Of a stretch of DNA of 64,000 bases, positions 58,782-64,000 are shown piece after piece. Position numbers and translations under genes: made by a program. Source of the DNA: Blastocatellia bacterium. Lineage in GTDB: Bacteria; Acidobacteriota; Blastocatellia; HR10; J050. The stretch covers positions 9,261 to 73,260 of the forward strand of contig JANWZE010000130.1 of NCBI GenBank assembly GCA_025054955.1, read 5' to 3'. The notes under the pieces are model-generated. The model worked only from the letters and a program-made list of their open reading frames with translations. It was not told where the DNA came from and searched no databases. Each line of letters starts with the position of its first letter. Positions within the stretch are counted from its first letter, which is position 1.

Positions 58782-59069
58782 TCACTCATTCGATTTGTCA
58801 AATAACTCAATCGTATCAACGACGCCGACAATGGCTGCGTCAATCGCTGCTTCAGGCCGACCTGTCGCGGCGGTGGAAGCCGACCAACCTTCTTGCACCA
58901 CCACCACCGTGTCGCCTTCTCCGGCATCAACGCAATCCAACGCCAGAATGGGATTGCCGCGCTCAGTTCCATTCGGATGGATCGGTTGCACCAAGAGGAT
59001 GCGAGCGCCACTGTACCGCTCGTTCTTCTGTGTGGCGACCACATTGCCAATGACACGCGCCAAGATCAT
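58782..59069 (-). CDS. EutN/CcmL-family bacterial microcompartment vertex (BMC-P) protein.
   Basis: MILARVIGNVVATQKNERYSGARILLVQP...ILALDCVDAGEGDTVVVV...AIVGVVD. ATG overlaps the upstream stop (ATGA). The ORF track extends to 59135. Confidence 0.7.
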   Translation of the reverse strand: MILARVIGNVVATQKNERYSGARILLVQPIHPNGTERGNPILALDCVDAGEGDTVVVVQEGWSASTAATGRPEAAIDAAIVGVVDTIELFDKSNE

Positions 59070-59359
59070 TTCGTTTCGCTCCGTCGGTACGGCCGGGCCA
59101 CATGGATCGAATCCACAATGCCAACGATCGTGCATTCAGTGGGCACATCGTAGGGTAAGAAAGGGAAACTGGCTTCGCGCCCGCGACACCAAAAGACGAT
59201 CTCGCCAACCCCTGCTCCAACCGCGTCAATGGCCACCATCGGCTTGCCGACGGGCGCGCCATCAGGGGTGATGGACTGAATGTAAAGCAGCTTTCGTCCG
59301 GTTAATGATTCGTTCTTGATCGTTGCCACAACCGTTCCAATCACACGCGCCAGTTGCAT
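59066..59359 (-). CDS. EutN/CcmL-family BMC vertex (BMC-P) protein, paralog of the previous one.
   Basis: MQLARVIGTVVATIKNESLTGRKLLYIQ...VAIDAVGAGVGEIV...TIVGIVD. Confidence 0.75.
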   Translation of the reverse strand: MQLARVIGTVVATIKNESLTGRKLLYIQSITPDGAPVGKPMVAIDAVGAGVGEIVFWCRGREASFPFLPYDVPTECTIVGIVDSIHVARPYRRSETK

Positions 59360-59401
59360 AGGCCGCCTAGTCTATCACAGGATTTACAAATCTGTCAGTG
59401 A

Positions 59402-61030
59402 TTGAGTACATTTGCTGCCCTGAGTATGAGCAATATAACCGAACGCAAGCCACGCTTTGTTACATCATCACAGATTGAGTTGAAACCAGTCTATCGCGCT
59501 GACGACATAGCCGATACGGAGCCACACATGCACATTGGCGAACCGGGTCAATATCCGTTCACGCGCGGGATTCACGCTGGCATGTACCGTCAACGCCTCT
59601 GGACAATGCGCCAGTACGCCGGCTTCGCCACGGCGAAGGAATCGAATCGGCGCTATAAGTATTTGCTTGAACAAGGACAGATGGGATTGTCGGTCGCGTT
59701 TGATCTGCCCACGCAAATGGGTTTGGATTCAGATCATCCGCTGGCTCGCGGTGAAGTTGGTAAAGTCGGCGTGGCAATTGATAGCTTGCGTGACATGGAA
59801 GTGCTGTTTGATGGCATTCCGCTGGATAAAGTCTCCACCTCAATGACCATCAATTCGACGGCCGCTATTTTACTGGCTCTCTATCTTGCCGTCGCCCGCC
59901 AGCAAGGCATTCCATTCGACCGACTCAGTGGAACAGTCCAGAATGACATCTTGAAAGAGTACATCGCCCGTGGCACCTACATCTATCCGCCCAAGCCCAG
60001 TCTACGATTGGTGGTGGATGTCATCGCCTTTTGTCAACAACATGTGCCCAAATGGAACACAATTTCGATCTCCGGCTATCACATTCGTGAAGCCGGTTCA
60101 ACCGCCGTTCAAGAGCTCGCCTTCACCTTTGCCAATGCCATCACGTATGTCCAAGCGGCGATTGATGCCGGCTTGAACGTAGATGATTTCGGGCCGCGAC
60201 TCAGTTTCTTCTTCAACGCGCATAACAATTTTCTTGAGGAGATTGCCAAGTACCGCGCGGCGCGACGGCTCTGGGCACGCATCATGAAGGAACGCTTCGG
60301 GGCGCGTGATCCACGTTCGATGATGTTGCGATTTCATGCGCAAACAGCCGGCTCAACGCTGACGGCGCAGCAACCTGATGTGAATGTGGTTCGTGTCACG
60401 CTGCAAGCGCTGGCCGCCGTGCTCGGCGGAACGCAATCACTTCATTGCAACGCACGCGATGAGGCGCTCGGCCTGCCAACAGAAGATGCCGCTCGCCTAG
60501 CCCTACGAACACAACAAGTCATCGCCTACGAATCCGGCGTGGCTGACACGGTTGATCCACTGGGCGGCTCTTATGCTGTCGAATCGCTCACCAACGAAAT
60601 TGAGCGCCGCGCCAGTGAATATCTCGATAAGATTGACGCGCTCGGCGGCATGCTCAAAGCGATCGAAATCGGATGGGTGCAAGGCGAAATTGAACGCGCT
60701 GCGTATGAATACCAACAGGCGCTCGAACGCCAAGAGGAAATCGTCGTCGGCGTCAATAAGTTCACGCAGGAGCAAGAAACGCCCATCGAAGTGCTGCGTA
60801 TAGACCCGGAGATTGAACGGGAACAGATCGCTTCGCTCAGACGAGTGAAAGCTGAACGTGACCATCGAGCGGTTGAGACGGCGCTGGAAGAGCTGCAAGC
60901 GGCAGCCAGCACCAATGAGAATTTGATGCCGTATATTCTGCGCGCCGTCCAGTCCTATGCGACAGTCGGCGAAATTAGCGACCGACTCAGACGTGTTTAT
61001 GGAGAGTACCGCGAAGTCGGAGCCGTTTAG
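59402..61030 (+). CDS. B12-dependent acyl-CoA mutase, catalytic (large) subunit only (methylmalonyl-/isobutyryl-CoA mutase family).
   Basis: [25 protein letters not shown]...[36 protein letters not shown]. About 540 aa; no B12-binding domain. Confidence 0.8.
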   Translation: MSTFAALSMSNITERKPRFVTSSQIELKPVYRADDIADTEPHMHIGEPGQYPFTRGIHAGMYRQRLWTMRQYAGFATAKESNRRYKYLLEQGQMGLSVAFDLPTQMGLDSDHPLARGEVGKVGVAIDSLRDMEVLFDGIPLDKVSTSMTINSTAAILLALYLAVARQQGIPFDRLSGTVQNDILKEYIARGTYIYPPKPSLRLVVDVIAFCQQHVPKWNTISISGYHIREAGSTAVQELAFTFANAITYVQAAIDAGLNVDDFGPRLSFFFNAHNNFLEEIAKYRAARRLWARIMKERFGARDPRSMMLRFHAQTAGSTLTAQQPDVNVVRVTLQALAAVLGGTQSLHCNARDEALGLPTEDAARLALRTQQVIAYESGVADTVDPLGGSYAVESLTNEIERRASEYLDKIDALGGMLKAIEIGWVQGEIERAAYEYQQALERQEEIVVGVNKFTQEQETPIEVLRIDPEIEREQIASLRRVKAERDHRAVETALEELQAAASTNENLMPYILRAVQSYATVGEISDRLRRVYGEYREVGAV

Positions 61031-61038
61031 TCAGCGTT

Positions 61039-61146
61039 GAGATTTCCTACGAGGCAAACCGTGTGAAACCACTTCTGCTCGCTATCACGCACTAGGCGAG
61101 GTAATCAAGTTGAAATTTCCTATGAGGCAAATCGTGTGAAACCACT
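61039..61146 (+). repeat. Direct duplication (period 73 nt) of the 5' end, start codon and RBS of the hydrolase gene.
   Basis: gagatttcctacgaggcaaaccgtgtgaaaccact vs gaaatttcctatgaggcaaatcgtgtgaaaccact. The first copy opens an 11-codon ORF MKPLLLAITH*. Confidence 0.8.
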
Positions 61147-62131
61147 GGCGCAACTTTTGGACCGAATCGTGTTCGGCATGATGGCGCATCGAATGCGAGA
61201 TTCTATCAAACAACCACAAAGACAAGACATGATCACCTATCGCGCGTTCATACAGCAGCAATCACCTGATCAGTTCTTCGCTGCACCGAGCGTCACCCCG
61301 GCCCTAACGGAATCGTTCAAACGCATTCGCACAACCGAACATTACGACGTTTTCGACTTTCACTTTCCCAGCGCCTACACCTCGCCTTGGCCGGAGAACA
61401 ATACGGTGTATGGTCGCTATTTCAAGACAAAACGACGCCCCACTGCGCCGACGGCCATTGTGCTGCACGGGTGGTTGGCATTCAGTTATGTTTGGTTCGC
61501 TGCCATCTGCCGACATTTGGCCAAAGCCGGCATCCATGCGGTGTTGATTCAACTACCCTATCACATGCGTCGTCAGCCGCAGCAGTCCCAATTCAGCGGG
61601 CAGTTTACCATCAACGGTCAACTCGAACGGAGCATTGAAATGATCCGTCAAGCCGTCTCTGATACCCGCAGTGTCATCAATTGGGTTAAATCGGATGCAT
61701 CATCGCCGGTCGGCGTATGGGGCATTAGCTTGGGCGGCTGGGTCGGCGCGATGGTTACGGCCTTGGATGCGCGGCTGGATTTTTCCATACTGATGATTCC
61801 GGCAGTCCGGCCAGACGATATTACCTGGCACTCCCCCTTAGTGCCCCCGTTGAAGCAAGCCCTGCAAGCGGCAGGCATTACCTATGAGGAGCTAGAGGAT
61901 GTTTTGAAAATTGCCATGCCCAAGTACTATCGGCCTCAACTGCCGCCTGATAAGATTTTGCTTATGAAATCCCAATACGACCTCGGCATTCGACCTCAGA
62001 CCGTTGATGAATTGTGGGAAGCATGGGGACGACCGGCGATGCACTCTTACGCCCACAGCCACATGAGCATTATTTTCTCTCGCCGCGTCATCCAGGATGG
62101 GATCAATTTCATTCGTCAGGTCACTGGATAA
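61136..62131 (+). CDS. Alpha/beta-hydrolase fold protein.
   Basis: GISLGG nucleophile elbow. 331 aa. GTG start. Confidence 0.65.
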   Translation: MKPLAQLLDRIVFGMMAHRMRDSIKQPQRQDMITYRAFIQQQSPDQFFAAPSVTPALTESFKRIRTTEHYDVFDFHFPSAYTSPWPENNTVYGRYFKTKRRPTAPTAIVLHGWLAFSYVWFAAICRHLAKAGIHAVLIQLPYHMRRQPQQSQFSGQFTINGQLERSIEMIRQAVSDTRSVINWVKSDASSPVGVWGISLGGWVGAMVTALDARLDFSILMIPAVRPDDITWHSPLVPPLKQALQAAGITYEELEDVLKIAMPKYYRPQLPPDKILLMKSQYDLGIRPQTVDELWEAWGRPAMHSYAHSHMSIIFSRRVIQDGINFIRQVTG

Positions 62132-62165
62132 AAAGCCCAACATGCGCTCTCATGTTGTCATGTTT

Positions 62166-64000
62166 TTATCCGACCATGGCCAGCCCAAAGCGCGGTTGTT
62201 GTCGAATCTGCTCGATGATGCGATTCAACGCGGGCGAGTTCCAGCCGGCTGCTGTCAGGCGCTGCACTTCCCGACGGGCTTCGATCAGCAGTTGTTGGTC
62301 TCTCACAATATTGCCGATGCGACACACCGGCACGCCCGATTGTCTGGTCCCCATCAATTCTCCGGGGCCGCGCAATTCCAGGTCTTTTTCTGCAATCTTG
62401 AAACCGTCAGTGGTGGCCACCATGATGCCAAGACGTTGCCGCGCTTCGTCGGAGATGTCCTCCTTGGACATCAGAATGCAATATGACTTGGCCGCTCCCC
62501 GACCCACGCGGCCACGCATCTGATGTAACTGCGCCAAGCCAAACCGCTCGGCATGCTCAATGATCATGATCGAAGCATTGGGCACATCCACGCCGACTTC
62601 AATGACCGTCGTGCTGACCAGAATATGCACTTCCCCAGCGACAAACCGGCGCATCACGTCCTCTTTCTCAGCCGGTTTCATCTTGCCGTGCAAAAGTCCG
62701 ACACGGAACTTAGGAAACACAACGGTCTGTAAATGCTCGGCCATCTGCGTGGCATTGAGCAGATCGAGCTTCTCTGATTCTTCAACCAGCGGATAAACAA
62801 TGTAGACTTGACGCCCGGCGCGGATTTCCTCGGCCATGAAGCGATAGATGTTCTGACGAGCATCTTCAAATCGCAGCACCGTCTTGACCGGCGTCCGACC
62901 CGGCGGCAGTTGGTCTATCACAGAGACATCAAGGTCGCCATAAACCGTCATGGCAAGCGAGCGCGGGATGGGCGTGGCTGTCATCACCAATACATCAGGG
63001 TTGTATCCGCGTCGAATCAGTTCGGCTCGTTGCAGCACGCCAAACCGATGCTGTTCATCAATGACCACCAGGCCGAGTTTGTGAAACTGCACGTTCTCTT
63101 GAATCAAAGCATGCGTGCCGATGACGAGGTCTACGTCTCCTTCAGCGATGGCCTGATACAACGCGCGTTTCTGACGTCCCTTGATGCTCCCTGTGAGCAG
63201 CTCCAGACGATAGGGCGTGCCGGCCACAATGCGCGCGAGCGTGCGATAGTGCTGCTCGGCGAGGATTTCCGTGGGCGCCATCAAAGCAGTCTGGTAGCCC
63301 GATTCGATGACAACCACCATGGCCAGCAAGGCCACGATCGTCTTGCCACTGCCTACATCACCCTGCAACAAGCGATTCATGGGGCTGGCTGACGTTAAAT
63401 CATCAACGATCTCTTTCAATACACGACGTTGCGCGCCAGTTAACGGAAATGGCAGAAGGGCTCGGACAATATCGCGCACGCGATCGTCCACGTGCACAAT
63501 CGTTCCCTTGGGGGCGCGCTCGCGCTGCTGGCGCCGAACGGCCAAAGCCAATTGGAGCCAGAAAAATTCTTCAAAGATCAGCCGTTGAAGAGCCGGCGCG
63601 CGCCCTGCGTTGTAATCGTCCACCGAGGCGCCATCGGCGGGAAAGTGGACATTGACGAGCGCCTGATAGCGGCTCATCCAGCCATAGCGGGACAAGGTTT
63701 CAGGCGGCAACACTTCAGGCACATGCTCTGCCGATAATCGAGCGAGCAGGTGGTAGATCAACGAGCGTAGTTGGCGGCTGCGAAAATTACCCAGCTTACG
63801 ATAGATGGGAACACGCCGACCTGTATGAATGGGTTCAGCGTCCTCCCGCTCCGGCAAAACTTCAAAGTCCGGATTCTCCACCTCCAAACACCGTTTATGC
63901 GGATTCCATTGCCACTGCCCATACAGAATGACCCGTGTCCCCTGCTTGAGCGATTGCTCCAACCAACGTTGATTCCACCAAAACGCGCGAATCTGGCCGG
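62166..64000 (-). CDS. recG: ATP-dependent DNA helicase RecG; the N-terminus lies beyond the window end.
   Basis: Walker A GDVGSGKT. VVIDEQHRFGV. Helicase C motifs. Frame is open to nt 64000. Confidence 0.85.
   Translation of the reverse strand, partial: GQIRAFWWNQRWLEQSLKQGTRVILYGQWQWNPHKRCLEVENPDFEVLPEREDAEPIHTGRRVPIYRKLGNFRSRQLRSLIYHLLARLSAEHVPEVLPPETLSRYGWMSRYQALVNVHFPADGASVDDYNAGRAPALQRLIFEEFFWLQLALAVRRQQRERAPKGTIVHVDDRVRDIVRALLPFPLTGAQRRVLKEIVDDLTSASPMNRLLQGDVGSGKTIVALLAMVVVIESGYQTALMAPTEILAEQHYRTLARIVAGTPYRLELLTGSIKGRQKRALYQAIAEGDVDLVIGTHALIQENVQFHKLGLVVIDEQHRFGVLQRAELIRRGYNPDVLVMTATPIPRSLAMTVYGDLDVSVIDQLPPGRTPVKTVLRFEDARQNIYRFMAEEIRAGRQVYIVYPLVEESEKLDLLNATQMAEHLQTVVFPKFRVGLLHGKMKPAEKEDVMRRFVAGEVHILVSTTVIEVGVDVPNASIMIIEHAERFGLAQLHQMRGRVGRGAAKSYCILMSKEDISDEARQRLGIMVATTDGFKIAEKDLELRGPGELMGTRQSGVPVCRIGNIVRDQQLLIEARREVQRLTAAGWNSPALNRIIEQIRQQPRFGLAMVG

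Noticed and set aside
59402-61030. Considered calling this mutase specifically methylmalonyl-CoA mutase (scpA) or isobutyryl-CoA mutase (icmA).
   Set aside because: The substrate-specificity residues (Tyr/Arg versus Phe/Gln) cannot be aligned reliably by eye, so only the family is called.

Overview
This is a high-GC (roughly 58-60 %) Gram-negative bacterial chromosomal segment. The evidence for Gram-negative is an OmpA-family protein, an HlyD-type adaptor and lipobox lipoproteins. Phylum cannot be assigned from sequence alone; the gene content (many secreted NHL, Kelch-like and LVIVD beta-propeller proteins, a cbb3 oxidase) is Acidobacteria-like. Almost the whole window is coding.

Gene content, in order:
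- Tandem paralogous sensor histidine kinases (the first is cut by the window start), followed by a CheY-like receiver and a receiver-PP2C (RsbU-like) phosphatase.
- An AT-rich 870-bp island with decayed transposase-like fragments.
- A MacA/HlyD-type adaptor plus a lone ABC ATPase, with no permease gene.
- A belt of secreted repeat proteins: NHL, two paralogous small hydrophobic proteins, a Kelch-like 7-blade propeller, a membrane-anchored sulfatase-like enzyme, an LVIVD propeller and a parallel beta-helix protein.
- A zinc-ribbon protein, an M16-like peptidase, a cyclase, hslVU, an Fn3 lipoprotein and a thioredoxin-like protein.
- An NfeD-flotillin pair.
- A long co-directional respiratory cluster (36.9-51.3 kb): Rrf2 regulator, CcoS-like, Rieske, cytochrome b, a multihaem cytochrome c with a CcoP-like C-terminus, ccoN, ccoO, two small membrane subunits, a GltD-like FAD/Fe-S flavoprotein, a DsbD_2 protein, ccoG, a small membrane protein and ccoI.
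- An OmpA-family outer-membrane protein, two Opp/Dpp-type permeases, a membrane-anchored dihaem cytochrome c, glgC and tRNA-Met(CAT).
- Two tandem orphan EutN/CcmL-family BMC vertex genes facing a B12 acyl-CoA mutase catalytic subunit, an alpha/beta hydrolase, and a partial recG.

Hunt highlights:
1. A bc-complex/cbb3-oxidase operon with a cytochrome c-CcoP fusion and an embedded flavoprotein.
2. A roughly 47-nt hairpin-containing element present in three intergenic copies, conserved at nucleotide level but not in reading frame.
3. STRR-like heptanucleotide tandem repeats in many places, including a (CAGTGGT)x4 tract in the signal-peptide region of the large sensor kinase that could cause frameshift phase variation.
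4. A perfect 22-bp palindrome near the Rrf2 gene, a candidate operator.
5. Orphan BMC vertex paralogs.
6. Tandem duplications of gene termini.

No CRISPR array, rRNA or intact mobile element was seen.
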